DNA from: Amphiscolops sp. MND2022
Taxonomy: Eukaryota
Assembly: GCA_964187785.1 (NCBI GenBank)
Contig: OZ076417.1
Location: 20,336,001-20,400,000, forward strand
Reading direction: 5' to 3'
DNA: 64,000 bases
Under the pieces are notes generated by a model. The model ran no database searches and was not told where the DNA came from. It worked only from the letters and a program-made list of their open reading frames with translations. How positions within the stretch are numbered: the first letter of the stretch is position 1; every line of letters starts with the position of its first letter. Made by a program: the position numbers and the translations under genes. Positions 39,172 to 52,999 of this stretch are shown piece after piece.

Positions 39172-42100
39172 TTATGAAATCGAAGCACGGTCATCATGAA
39201 AATGGTGGGTCAAATCGTTTCCCGACCATGTACCATTTTGATAGGTCATGGACAGTTGAAAGCCAGGAAAGGCAGATGTTATTGTGACCGATGATAAAGG
39301 AGCTTGAAGTTGGCATTCCATTTGGGCGATCATTGCTGCAAGCCCCGTTACTGTGGCAGGAGAAATATCGGCAGTAAGGCGATCTCTGACTGGGGCAGCT
39401 TGAGAGATGCGATGCTTGCTTGAAGTATCGTAGATGCGCTGGCCCATGGTCGGTGAGTCAGTTGGCGTGCGGGGAGGAATATTGCCATCAGAAGGATTCA
39501 TTCTTGGGCATGCAACTTGGTCTGAAAACGTTAAGGGAGGAATCAAGCAGCCGAAGGTACAAGGTAATCATTAGATAAATGGACGAGTTCGAGTTGTTAC
39601 AATAATATACATCACAGAAAAGCCAACGAGCGGCGGAGGTCTATAAAAGGAAGTCGGGATACGTCATAATACTAGCGATCGAAACGTACGTACGATCGTG
39701 GAGCACAAGGGAATGCGTAGTTTCGGCAAAAAGATCCATAAAACACGTGTAAAAATTGTAAAGGTTGCGCAGAGGACCGTATAGGTGTTTTCAGCGTGTA
39801 TAACCAATCTTAAATTACCATATCAGATTTCATGTTTTCGTTGGTAACCAGGACTCCCCGGGGTCGTATCGGGTCATCCCCGTTAATCAGAAGGTTGGAA
39901 GTACAATCACGCAATCCACAGGTTCCACAAGGATAGCGTAGGGCTCGATCACGTCGTAGCCCGTATCGTAGGTTAACAAGTGGGGCAGATGACTCCTGGT
40001 CAGTCGAAACGTGAGCGCTAGGGTCAGAGACCTCAGAATCAGACGTTGATGATGCAGCTTGTTCGGTAGGATTAGGAGCCTCCTTCGGTGGACGACCTCT
40101 GGGACGTCCCCTTTCACGTATACCTCTGCAACAACTTTGCACTGGTTTGTTTTTACCGGTGGTAGGGCTTGCTGGGGGTTGTCCCCGGGTTTGCGTTCTC
40201 GTTGAGTAGTCGTAGAAGATACGTGCCCGGGGGCACCTATGAAACTAGTTTTTGCATTTTGTGAACTCATCGGATATGTGGTGTGTGCATTGGGGGTTAT
40301 TGGCTGGTGTGTTTGTGGCCATATCGAGAAATTGCTAAGTACATCCGTTAGAGATGGATTAGCTAAGAGTGGGGCTGAAGTGCCTAATAATGAAGTTCCA
40401 GTTTCACTGGCAGGTTGCTGAGTTTCTTGTTCGTCAGGAGGTGCTTCCATCATTTCGTGTTCCGAAACGAGGTTTTGAGTTATATTGGGTCGGGTCAGAG
40501 GTACCTCAGTTGGTGGGAGCGCGAGAGCTTCAGGGTGAATGGCCAGTTCTTGCTCCTCATTGGTTTCTGTTTGGGCGCTGGATAAAAGAATATTCGATGA
40601 CTCCTCATCCGTGTCAGTTGAAGAACCAAATTGTTGATAATAGCGACGCGTTCCTCCTCCACGGAGTCTGGTAACCATCCAGTGTCTTTGCCTGGGAGGT
40701 AGGTAGGTGTTGCTTGCCTCGAAACTGGTTCTTCTTCACAGTAGGAAGGCTGCGAAGCAGCATCAGGAATTTCTTCAAGAGATTGTCCCGGCTCTGGGTC
40801 CATGATCACAGCTACATCACCATTGTTTGTAGGTGCAGTAACCCATTCGGTTGGTCCGCTATGGTGTGGCTTCAATCGTTCAAAGTGTACTTTCTGTCCT
40901 GTATCTAGAACATACACACGTCCTTCCTGTATCACTTGTGCTGTTTTATGAGGACCACGCCATGCTCGCATCAATTTGGGTGTTCCCTTCTGAGGAATAT
41001 AACGACAAAAGACCCATACAGGTTCACCAACTGAGTAGGCTTTGGCACGGATGTTCTGGTCATACTTCAGTTTCTGACGTTGTTGAACTTGGTGTGCATT
41101 GCGACGTACCAGGTCGTGAAACTCTTGTTGCCTGGAAATGATGTGATCAACATAGGCTTCATGAGACTCAAAAGATTGTGTAGCAATTTCTGGGTACAGA
41201 TAGGTGAGTGGTATCGCCTTTTTTTCGACTTGTTAGCATGTATGGAGAAGAACCAGTAGTCGCGTGACGTGTCGAGTGGTATGCACCCATCACTTCGTCC
41301 AAGTGTAGATCCCAGTCTCTTCTGCGTCTCAAGCAAAATACTCTGAGCAGCATCAACAAGGTTCGATTTTGACGTTCTACTAGCCCTTGGGACATGGGAT
41401 CCCCAGCAGTTGAGGTTACTTTGATTACCTGCGATGCTCGCATGAATTCCTTGGACACCTCAGCGGTCAGGTTGGGAGCGTTGTCCGATTGCATTCGTGT
41501 CGGCGTTCCTTGGCGGCAAACCACTTCTGCAGTATTAGCTTGGAGGTCGTAGCCGCTTCGTACTCTTCATGATTGCAAGGAACTGCTTCTGAGAATTTTG
41601 AGAAGCGATCTTATGACCAGCATACCCGTATTTCTGTTATCGGATGCACAGATTTTCAAGTGGTCAAATATTGATTCACATATTGCTCAAGGGATTTTCG
41701 GATGCCTGGCCCTGTGTATCGCTCCTGGATTCTTGCTACTACACCTTGGCAATGCCTTGATGACCCATCGCATCATGAGCCTTGAGGAGAATTTCCTCTT
41801 GGTAGTACAGTTGCTGCATGATGATCATGCAGGGGCGGGTATGCAGTACACGTTGATTTTTTGGATACTTTAGGCACAAAACCCCATTGGCATTGATGAG
41901 CAAAAGATCTTTTTTCTGCTTGTAGTAGTTGTTTGCGTTTTCTGGGAAATTTTCGTTGTCTATGGATTCTTTTGCCACTAATTTCTTGATCGCTAGGATA
42001 TGCTCGTCCCGATTTTGTGCTAGTAGCAAGTCCCTTAGGCCATTCACTGTGTTAGTCTTTTCATGAAGTTCCAGATTCACCTCGTTGATAGCCAAACTCA

Positions 42101-43553
42101 CCTCTCGCACGTATTTGGGGGCAGCGTCAAGTGCTTGTTTTTCTGTTCCCGTTAAAGAATAAGTGGTTCTGAATGAGACGTTGGCAACATGCGTTGGTAA
42201 AAGATAGTCTTGTCTACATTCTTCAGTCAATTCGATCCAATCCTCTGGATACTCAGGATAATTTTCCATGAGGGATGAATCATCCATTGGCGGTAACGTG
42301 GGCAGTGGTGTTTTCAGTGCTTTTTCACGAGACGCGATACTTAGAGCACGGTTGCGTGCACGCGCCACTTTCAACATTGCTTGTGGGTGTTTTTTGTCAC
42401 AATTCGTGAGGTGTTCAGGCAGTTCTGGCTGGTTTGGTATGACTCGTCCCTGAATGTCGAACCATGGTACCAGGGGAAGTCTATCGTACTCTTCTTGAGA
42501 TAGAAAGTTCCATTTCTCTGCATTTGAGTGTAACTCCCCCAGTTGGCGCTCATGTTTCTTGTAGTCATTCGTTCGCTTACTAAGTCCGTCCCCATTTCGA
42601 TGTTGTGTTCTTGGGCGATGTTGGATAGCGAAATGATATTTCTCTAATGCCATGATCCATCGTCCAATAATGGCTTGGTCTGTGGAATAAATTTTCAACC
42701 AGGCCAGAGCCTGATTGCCCACTCCTAATGTAAATTTTCGAGGGCGAAGGTGTCTGTGGTTTTTCAAGATGAAGTAAGATGCAGCGTACATCTCCAGTTT
42801 GGGAGCTCCTTATTTTGCTTTGGTTGGAGTAAGTTTTTCACTTCCGAATACTATCGGTCGCAGCTTCCTGTTATCAGAGGGTCCATGCCACTGGTGAAGA
42901 ATACTTGATATTGCCACACCGCTGGCATCTGTATCAAGAACAAATTCTCCTTCGGAGTCTGGTTGTGCTATAGCTGTGGCTTCGATGAGAGCCAATTTGA
43001 TTCCGTTGAAGGCTTGTTGTTGCTCCTCCTCCCACAAAAAGGGAGTGCCGGTACATGTGATGGCATGTAATGAGGCAACCAGTTTTGCGTGCCAGGGAAT
43101 AAAGTCACGATAGTAATTGGCAAAACCCAAGAAACTTTGTAGTTCAGTTTTGGTGCAAGGAAAGTCCCAATCACGGAGTTTGGATACGGCCTTTGGAACT
43201 GGTTTGATGCCGTCTGCGGATACTATGCGGACAGGGTACTTTATTTCCGATTTCATGAAGTCACATTTGGAAACACGCTTTTTGAAGCCTGCTTCTCGTA
43301 AACATTGAAGTACTTCACCTAGTCGTTCCATGTGGTCTTCTACCGTCTCCGTTGCAATGACAATATCATCGATAAAAGCAATGACCATTATTCCTTCGCG
43401 ATTGACTATTCTTTGTAGCGCTCGCGCAATGGCTTGTTGAAACGTTGCTGAAGCATTGCACATCACAAAAGGCATGCGGCGCCAATCAAATAGCCCTAGC
43501 TCACACGCGACGGCAGTCTTCTGCCGATCGGCTTTTCGGACAGCCTGGGGCAA
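39172..43553 (-). mobile_element. Decayed Ty3/Gypsy pol (RT C-half, RNase H, integrase with long C-terminal extension)
   Basis: MPF..CNASATFQ, FIDDIVI, LQSFLGFANYYR, FVLDTDAS, HDAMGHQG, SDNAPNL, VERQNRTL, WRGP, VHFERLK. Frameshifts and stops throughout; no LTR pair identified. Confidence 0.9.
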
Positions 43554-43559
43554 ATTCCT

Positions 43560-43920
43560 CAGCTCTGGAACATTTTGTGATAGGTGTTCTTTTTCGTTAG
43601 AAATTTTTCATGGAATAGTCGGATAAGATTTTTTACCGCTATTTTGTCGGGCTCTGTTTTGTACTCCGCTCCTATCCTCTGGTTCAATGTTTCTGGACCG
43701 ATTCCACATATGAAGTCGTTTTGTATTTCATTTTCTTTATCGGCTCAACCGGTTTGCGTCATTTCAGCTCCCCGTATCAATTCTGTGATATCCATCTCGT
43801 ACTTTCTTTTTGTATTCTGCCGGAATTTGTCGAGCCACGGTTTCGGTGTAAAAATCGTTTTCCCGTCTGACGTGGCTTCGAGATGCGGTACTTTGCGTTA
43901 CTTTGCTTCTTGTGTCATCT
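43560..43920 (-). pseudogene. Gypsy gag fragment abutting mid-RT
   Basis: The minus frame reads FICGIGPETLNQRIGAEYKTEPDKIAVKNLIRLFHEKFLTKKNTYH, followed directly by RT sequence with no protease. Confidence 0.55.
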
Positions 43921-45079
43921 TTCTTTAGTTTGACAAAATTAGTCAGTAGTTAAGTTTGCAAATTGAGCTATGTTTTCTTTCTCAATTAGGAAATATGAAA
44001 ACAGTTTGGATTTACTAAAAAATATTTTCTGTCTTTTGTCGACTAATTTAAGCTGTATTCAAATCTAGTATCAAAAGATTTAATAATACACTGCAGTAGT
44101 AAACTAAACATTTACTACTATGGTCTAAAAATAAGTAACATAAATTTCTTTTGATATGAATCTAGGAACTGGTACTAAGTAGTCTGAGTTTTTGATTGAC
44201 AGAACTTCCGAAAGATCGGTGCGGCATGTACACCGTATAACACCCATAACACTCTATTGTTCGTACATCTGATGACGCGAAATGAGTTTCTAAAATCATC
44301 TAATTGATGGAAACGTTCAATTAATCGTAAGCGTTTCATTGGAGGGGTATTGGGACAGTAAAAATTCCTTAGTGAGATTTCCTTTTCAACTTTCAATCCA
44401 GCAAACCTTTACTGCAGAATTGCGAAAAAAAGCATACTATTGTTTTGAAGTTGATCTTGAACAGTTCTTGGTTTCGAAAACGAAATTTTCATCGGTTGTC
44501 AGCTAAAGTTATAGAGTAATGGAAACAGTCATCATTCAACATCAACTAGTAATGTAAATCAAAAAGTTGTTCTCCAACCTTCATTAGCGTAGTCGGACAG
44601 CATGAAAGTAATCAAGTTTTTGAGATCGCTCAGCTCCGGGTCTTCAACCAATAACAGCTTACCACCTGAAACGTTCTGCAATAATATCGAAATTATTTTT
44701 CAAGTGACATTTCAGAAAACATTTCAAAAAAGCAAATGCAACATCACATTGCTTGATACAATTGAATATTGACTGAAAACTGAGGAAACATGTTGACTCT
44801 ACAATACCCTAATCCATTCTGCGCTGTACTTAGCACTTCACCAAATGTACTTCTTAAGAAAACTGCGAAACATGAAATGATCATCGATACTTTACAGATA
44901 AAAGCTGCAGTGTAAATTTTTCGTTCCTATACAAAATCCAAGGCTTCCATGAGTAATTGCTGGTTTCTCTAACTCAGTTACCTTTTCTACAACTTGATTC
45001 TCTACTTGCGTCTAAACTTGAGTTTCATCTGCAGTGTTACGAGCAAATTGTAAACCTTCAAAACGAAGTTATTGACCTT

Positions 45080-45630
45080 AAACAAGCCGGGAACGGCCAA
45101 AGTCGGCGCTATATCTAAGGCTCAAAATTGTAAAAGGGGGGACCCTTTGGGCTTTGTGAAACTCCAGTTGATTGCAAAATATCAAAATTAAAGGGGGGAC
45201 CCTTTGGAGACATTAAAAAAATCGAAAAAAAAATTGAAATTGAGATTTTTGAACAGTGTCACAGTGCCAAAAAATGTAATAGGTGGGACCCTTTGGGATT
45301 TTTTGACATCCATTGTGTTGCAAAATATTTAAAAAAATGAAAGGGGGACCCTTTGGTGGAATCCAAAAAGCTTTAAAAAAGTCACATAGTGCCGAAAAAA
45401 ATCCGAGTGAAAAACACAAAAGTTGAGGGAATCCTATGTTATCGAGGTTCTGGACGTCGATGTTTTTGTTTTAGACGAGGTCTGGTGTTTCGAATATGTT
45501 TTGGAGATCCGTAGTCAAAGTAGATGATGTTGAACAAATGAACAAAAAAGTGGACGTTTCGCGTTGAACTGACGAAAAAAAACTAGCCACTGTAAGAGTC
45601 GGGATTTTCTTCGAAAACGCCGACTAAAAA
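45080..45630 (+). mobile_element. Non-autonomous Helentron/DINE-1-like repeat, copy 1
   Basis: 5' AACAAG..AGTCGGCG, central AAAGGGGGACCCTTTGG repeats, 3' AGTCGG...CGCCGACTAAAAA hairpin/subterminal inverted repeat. Confidence 0.6.
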
Positions 45631-45808
45631 TGATGTCATTACAAGAACGTTATTCGAGTAAAGATCATCATGCTTCATAATTCCCATGTTTATGTGTTAA
45701 CTCAATACTTGGAAGTAGACATGTGCAGACAAATCAAGTATTTTCTGCAGTATTTCAGCTATGATATATCACAAGGTGATCTTAAAGCTCGTCAACCACT
45801 CAAACGAC

Positions 45809-46571
45809 AACAAGACGGGAACGCCTAAAGTCGGCGCTATATCTAAGGCTCAAAAAAGCGCGAAGTTTTTAAACTTGTAAAAGGGGGGGGGGGCTTTCGG
45901 CTTTTTGAAAATCCAGTCTGTTGCAAAATATCAAAAAAATTGAAGGGGGGACTCTTTGGAGACATTAAAAAAACTCGGAATTTTTTTTGAAAAAAATTTC
46001 GGAAAATCAAAAAATGAGAAATTTGAAACAGTCTCACAGTGCCGAAAACTAGAAAGGGGGACCCTTTGGGCTTTTCGAAACTTCAGTTTGCTGCAAAATA
46101 TCAAAAAATTTGAAGGGGGGACCCTTTGGCGACAAAAAATATTTTGAAAATTTTTTTGGAAAAAAAATCGAGAAAAAAACGAAAAATGAGAGTTTTGGAG
46201 GTCTCACAGTGCCGAAAAACTAGAAAGGGGGACCCTTTGGGCTTTTTGAAACTTCAGTTTGCTGCAAAATATCAAAAAATTGAAGGGGGGACCCTTTGGC
46301 GACAAAAAATATTTTGAAAAAAAGTCGCACAGTGCCGAAAAAATGCAAAGGGGGGACCCTGTAGTCCCATCCGGTTTTGTATCTTACGTTAAAAATTGAG
46401 TACACGAAAGGGGGACCCTTTGCACTAAGTTAGATGCGATTCCGCTTGCCGGTCCAGTACTTTAGTAGTTCTGTAAAAAGTGTCCACTGCACATACATTC
46501 TGTGGTCTGACGAAAAAAAACTTGCCACTGTAATAGTCGGGCTCATTTTGATAAAATGCGCCGACTAAAAA
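45809..46571 (+). mobile_element. Helentron/DINE-1-like repeat, copy 2 (with internal tandem units)
   Basis: Same ends as copy 1. The central unit gtctcacagtgccgaaaa...ggcgacaaaaaatattttgaaaa is tandemly repeated. Confidence 0.6.
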
Positions 46572-46657
46572 CCAAATCTATGAGAGGCGCCAAATGTTAG
46601 CTGGAAGGCAAAACCGGCCAAGGCACTGTTTATCACCCAGAAGTACCAGCTCATGAC

Positions 46658-46900
46658 ATGGAAGTCAAGAGGGCCTGCGATGAAAAATGTCTGAATATAA
46701 CAACTAAAACTTACCACCAAGTCAAAGTGTTCATAAAAGATGTCAATGGTGTAATACTTTCTCAAAATGTTGATAGTCTTGTAGCAGTCAAGCAACTTTC
46801 TGAGACTTTGCAACAAAAGACAAAAACTTCAAAGTCAGAAGCTTGATTTACACCTTGGAAAGCAAAATTTCGAAGGCACATTCAGAAAAACTTCACTCGT
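46658..46900 (+). pseudogene. Possible degenerate ubiquitin-like domain
   Basis: VKVFIKDVNGVILSQNVDSLVAVKQLSETLQQK resembles the ubiquitin N-terminal pattern. LIY and GKQ occur in shifted frames just downstream. Confidence 0.3.
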
Positions 46901-47290
46901 CAATGCTGAGAAACTTACTCCTATGCAAAGAAGGGTCAATGCCAATATGTCGCCAATCATTACTTATAAGAACGTGAACCAGGCCGGCACTACAACACCC
47001 TATAGGCAGTCTGATGCAGAATGAAAAGACCTCGAAAGTGTCGAGACTTTAACGAAATTTTACAATTAGATCTTAGTGCTGAACATTCAATTACTTGGAT
47101 ACCACAAAGATGATTTCCCGTTTTTCTTGAAACGCTTCAACGAAAGTAAAAAACATTTGAAGAATCATTACTACTAAACAGAAGTAAACCATGGTAAGAA
47201 AAAATACTGCGTTACTTGAATTCGACAAACCGATAAAACACACCTATGATTTTGACACATATTTGTTTTTGACACATTGAACAATGATTG

Positions 47291-50200
47291 TGTTATAGTC
47301 TAGCTGAATTGGCTAAAGAACTAGATAGACGAAAGAAGATGAAGTGTGAGAAACTGTATTGAATGGCGTAACTGTCTGTATTGGCAGATTGTTTTCTTTT
47401 GCCACTTTTACTATTTTTGACAGGTTGTTAATAAATAGTGTAATTAATTATTTTCACACTTTTGTTTTATCAAGCTGTACAACAAGTGTTCTACCACACT
47501 CCCCTCTCTAGAATAGGAGGTGAAGGGGGAACGATTTACAAAGTACTTCAAGAATCTCAAAATAGCGCCATAGGGTTAATGGTAGTCACACTCAGTTTAT
47601 AAATTAAACACAAAAGCAACGACTAGCTCAAGGGTACAATTTGGCTAGATTAACTAAAAAGACAATTTATTGATTTCGATAAGTAGAACCAACTGTATTT
47701 AAAAGTTTGGTACGTTAGCACTGGTTAAATGTTTGGTTTAAAGGTTTTCAGCTTTCTGGGCCAGTTTTTCCTTCGGGTTAGGAATTTCCATCACGCTGGG
47801 GAGGCTTTCTTCTTCATTGGCAGATTCTGGCTCGATCTTTGCTATCATGACATTGTTGCCCCATCTGTCGGGCTTTTTTGTTACTCTTGATGAGGTTCGG
47901 GATTTCTCCCATTTCACTGTGCCTTGGATTTTGGATTGGCGTAGATTCCAGAGTTGACTTTTCGGCACTTTCTATTTCATCTTCGCTGTTTGCGGTTTGT
48001 TCTTCTTGATCCCTGTGTGTCAGACTATCTTCGTTGTCCTGTTCTTCCTTCACAGGCGGGATTGTTGTTTTTTCTTCTTCTCCATGATGTGGTGATTTGT
48101 TTTCTTCCACTTGTTTTTGGTGGCTAACTCCCATCTCTTGACCTATTGCTGTTTTAGCTTCTTAGCCACTTTGTTCGATTTTGCCTCTTTTGTCTTGCTT
48201 GCCTCTCTTTTACTTTTTGCCTTTTTGTTCGCGTGTGCCTTCTTGCTTGGACTTGCTAGCTTACTTCCTGCTGCCACGTCTCTTTTTGAGTAGATGACTT
48301 GATGGCCTGTTTTAGGTAAGACAGTAATGGTGTGGCTTGACTCTCCTACAATCTTTCCCTTTACCTTTTTGAAGGCGCCTTCTAGCTTAGTCCCTCTGAC
48401 TCTCTCCCTGACCAAGATGGTTGAGTCTGCCTCTTCGCTAAAGTCTTCGGGTTCTATTTCGATTTGTGGGTCTTGTTCTAAAACACATTTTTCTATCATT
48501 CGTGATTTTTCCGTATTTGGTTTTTTTCCATTTTGTTTTTCGAATGCAGATTTACCGTCTGGTCCTTTTTCTGATCTTAATGCGAACAAGATATTTGAAA
48601 TGTCGTTTTTATCTTTTGAGATTAATAATTTTTTGTTCGTTCTTAGCCTTTCGTTTATTGCTCTAATCATTCGTTTTACTTTTCCGTTCCCCCGGTGGTC
48701 TCTTACCGGGCAAATGACATGTTCTATCAGTTTTTCTTTACAAAATGTTTTGAACTTTTCGCTTTTGAATGCCGTTCCAGGGTCTGTCCTGATTCTTTTG
48801 GTATACCGTTTTTTGATATGTACTCTACGAAAAATTCGATAACCTTATCCGCCGTGGGATTCGGTAAAAATAGCGCATCCGGCCATCCCGAGTGATTGTC
48901 AACTGATACAAGTAAGTATTTTTTCTTCAAATTGGCGTTTTGGAAGGGGCCGGCAAAATCAAGAGAAACTTCCTCATTCGGCTGATTTGCTTGTGGTAAC
49001 TTTCCGAATTATTTTTGAGATTTTATACACTTGAAATTCTTACCTGCTTCTCGGCATTCGCTACAATTTCTCGCCTTGTCGATAATTTCTCTATGGATGC
49101 GAGGCCACCAGACATCTGAGGCCTCCCTCAGCATTGCGCCACGTCCTGCGTGGCCAAAATGTATGGCCCGGAGCATATTCTCCCGCATATCTTTGGGGAT
49201 AACGAGGCGGTGGTCCATATATAAAAGACCGTTCGAATCCACAGAAAAGGAATTAAATTTTTTCCCTCCACGGTGGGGGTAATCGAGCAATTACAGCTGT
49301 GTTTTTGTTTAAGATGAGATTGATTACTTTTTGAATTGTCCGATCGTTTTCAGCAATCACTTTTACGTAAACCGAGCTACTTTTTGATTTTGTCAAATTT
49401 TTGGCTTCTGCCATTTCAATTAGTTGTTTGTCAACTGCTTTCTCTCTTTCAACTTTGCTGTCTATTTGCATAGGCGCTTGGATTGACAAAACTTTATTTG
49501 CTTGCGTATGCTGAACATTCTTACTTTCCTGCGATTTGATTGGCTTACGCCAGTCTGCCAATCGCTTCATTTCTGGCGTAATCTCTCTGACAACGTTCAC
49601 CGTAAACCAATCGTTGAATAATTCTTCCGCTTTTGCTACCGATCCTTCGTATTCTGACGGATGCCTTGATAGGTAATCCGCCATTCCTAGCGTTCTTCCC
49701 GGGGTATGTACAATTGAAAATTCGAAGGGTAAAAGCCTATCCACCCATCTAGTTAACCTACTAGAAAATGTTTTATTACTTTTGTTCGATTTTAACACAC
49801 TTTGCCAGGCTTTATGATCTGACACTATTCCGAATGCGACTCCGTACACGTAATTTTTAAAATGTTCTATTGACCATACTACCGCCAATAGTTCTAACTC
49901 ATTAATTGAATATTTACACTCTAATTCAGTTAAAAGTCTAGACGCATATGCTATTGATTTCCATTTGTTTTCCTTGCATTGCGGTAAAACAGCTCCCAAG
50001 CCTTGTTTGCTTGCATCACATATAATTCTAAGCGGTTTATTCCTTTTGAAATGTGTTAACTCGGCTACTTTTTTCACTTCGTCGTTTATTCTCTTAAACG
50101 CTTTTTCATGTTCTTCCGTCCATTTCCATATCACGTCTTTCTTCAATATGGACCTAAATGGAAAGCAAATTGCCGCCAGATCGGGAATGAATTTGTAAAA

Positions 50201-52617
50201 TTGATTTACTGCGCCAAGGAATGACCGTAATTCTTTCAAATTCGTCGGTCGTAGTATTTCCGTAATTCCTTGTACTTTTGAATTTACCGGCGAAATTTCG
50301 TGGCTTGTCAATTTAAACCCCAACCACTCAAGTTCTTGTTTTGCCACATTACACTTTTCTGCCTTCAGCTGTAATTTTGCCGCGTCCCATGTTTTTAGAA
50401 TTTCCCGCACTTTCTCTATGTGGTTTTGCTTTGTTCTCTTGGTTACGATTAAAATGTCATCAATGAATACGAACACGTCTCTAATTTTTGCTACTAAATT
50501 ATCCAATACTTTTTGAAATTCTGTTGGCATAACCGACAGACCGTAAAAACCTGTTACGAATCGATACGTCCCGGTGGATTCTCCACCGAATATCTGAAAA
50601 TTGCAGTGTTTTTCTGTTGATTGATGCAAGGGGACTTCGCCGTATGCGTAGGTCATATCGACTGATGAAAACCACGCTTCGCCTTCTTCAGTATCGATTT
50701 TTTCAGCGACCATATCTAATAAATTATCCAAATTTGGCATTTGTTAATTATCTTTATCGATCGCTTTGTTCAGCGCTCTCTCGTCTAATGCAATTTTCAC
50801 TGAACGGTCCTTTTTGACCGTGATGACTGTTGGCTGAATGAATACGTCATCCTTTATTTGGTCAATTTTTTTGATATGACCTTCCTTTAGTAAACGGCTA
50901 ATTTCTTCATCCACTGCCTTTTGCAGTTGGATTGGAATTCGTCTCCCTTTTTGTTGACTTACTTCCGCTTCTGACTTCGAGTTTATTTTTATTTTGTAAT
51001 TGTTTACTTTACCTTGCCTTTTGAATAGTTTGGGAAATTCGGGGACTAGTTGCTTTGTTTCTACGCTTAGTTCACTTTTCTTCTCTATAGAATTTACTTC
51101 TAACTCACCCTTTTGCGGTTGTAGCTTGTATCGGAGTGTTGTTAGCCATTCTCTGCCATTTATCGACTTTGATCCACTTCGGGCAGTTAGGATTCTCGCC
51201 TTTTTGATGTAGCTGTCATTCACCTGTAGTTCGCAAAAGACATATCCCAGCAATTGCAGTGGTTTTCCATTGAAATCCACGTATCGCTTGCCTTCTATCA
51301 TCTTCCGCACTGGCAACTCCTTCCTCCTCATGATTCATTTTATTTCGTTCAAACCGAAAATTGTTACAGGGGAGCCCGTATCTATCATCGTTTTGAAGCA
51401 GTTGCCATTAATGAATCCTTCCATATAGAATGGTTTTGAATCATTTTCGCTTCCTTCAACATTTAGCACCATGTAATCGTCTTCGTCTTCATGGTCGCTT
51501 TCCTCCTGATCCACCAACTGCACTCTGTTGCCAAATCTTCTGGGTTTGCCGTTTTTCGGGTAAGTGTCCTTTTCCTTCTGATTACAGACTCGTTCTAAAT
51601 GGCCTTTTCGCCCGCAGTAGTTACACATTGCTTCGGGTGCCTTGCATCGTTTCAAGTGATCTAGGGTGAAATTACCCGCACCGCATCTCCAGCATTCTCT
51701 TGTGTTATTGCTACTAATCGCGCAAATAGGTTCTTCTTTTACTTTGGGCTCTTGGTTGATGTACCCATACGGTTTTTGGCGTTTTAGCCCGTCCTCAAAG
51801 GCTATCGCAAATTGTAGGGCTTCAGCTGGCGTTTCTTTAGGTTCGGTGCAAAGCTTTTCTTGTACTTGTTTATTTGCCATATTTAAAACAAATATGTCGT
51901 GAACTAGGCTTTCTGTTTGGTCACTGAAATTGAATCTCGCCGCGAGTCCGTTTAATGCATTCCAGAATTGATTTAGTGTCTCGTCGGTTTCTGTTTTCTC
52001 GAAAGAAACGTGTGTCGATCTAATCTCCGGTTACGTCGAATTGGGAAGCATTCTGCGCAATTTTGCATAAGTTCTCGAAGTTCGATCAGTAGAATGTTTA
52101 TTCGCGGGAACTTGTCCATCAGCATTTTTCTTGCTTTTTTACCATTTGAGATGTAGAGTAAACTTACGACTTTCCTTTTTGCAGGGATTTCTTCTAAATT
52201 TCCTATCAGAGCCGCCGCACGTGGATTCTGTTGGTCAGCCTCCCTTAGCACTTCGGACACTGAGATTGAGTGTCTTGCCAATGTTGCGACTTCGAACAAT
52301 TGAATCCATTGCTCCCAGTCGTATCCAGGGGGCTTTTCAGCATCCTGCCAGAAGTAATTCAGTCCTCGTAGTGGGGAGTTTGAATGATCTTCATCAGCGC
52401 GCAGCGCCATGTTATAGTCTAGCTGAATTGGATAAAAAACTAGATAGACGAGAGAAGATGAACTGTGAGAAACTGTATTGAATGGCGTAACTGTCTGTAT
52501 TGGCAGATTGTTTTCTTTTGCCGCTTTTACTATTTTTGACAGGTTGTTAATAAATAGTCTAATTAATTATTTTCACACTTTTGTTTTATCAAGCTGTACA
52601 ACAAGTGCTCTACCACA
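47291..52617 (-). mobile_element. Full-length Ty3/Gypsy LTR retrotransposon, inactivated by stops and frameshifts
   Basis: 208-bp TG...CA LTRs (47291-47498, 52410-52617; 7 differences), GATTG 5-bp TSD, PBS TGGCGCTGCG (tRNA-Ser-like), PPT AGAGAGGGGAG. Gag with two Cys/His knuckles, protease DTG, RT FIDD, RH CDAS, INT LDFAGP. Confidence 0.97.
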
Positions 52618-52999
52618 GATTGTGAGCGCAAAAACAATGAAAACCTAAGGTCTGCATACAATATTTTTGAGCCAACACGTGAAATACTGAATTCGAAAAG
52701 TTGTATCGATCATATGGTGGCTAAATTCAAACATCAATACGTGATCACTGCACAGTTGTTGCAAAAACGAAAGGAAAAACAACATCATCCATTAAAACCT
52801 CTGAATTCCGTCAGAACTTTGAATGACTTCAAGTCAAAAAACTCTAAGCTTCCTGTAACGCCTTGATCAATAGTTGAAACTGATTGACGATGAACTGAAA
52901 TTTGATGAACTTATCATTCAGCTGATCAAATGTAAAAGCAACAACTTGCAAGAGTAAAATTGGACGTTAATGAATAATCAACAGCTTTTAAAAAGCTTT

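Noticed and set aside
44175-44700. Coding-like minus-strand frame with several stops
   Set aside because: No identifiable domain; cannot be distinguished from a decayed repeat.
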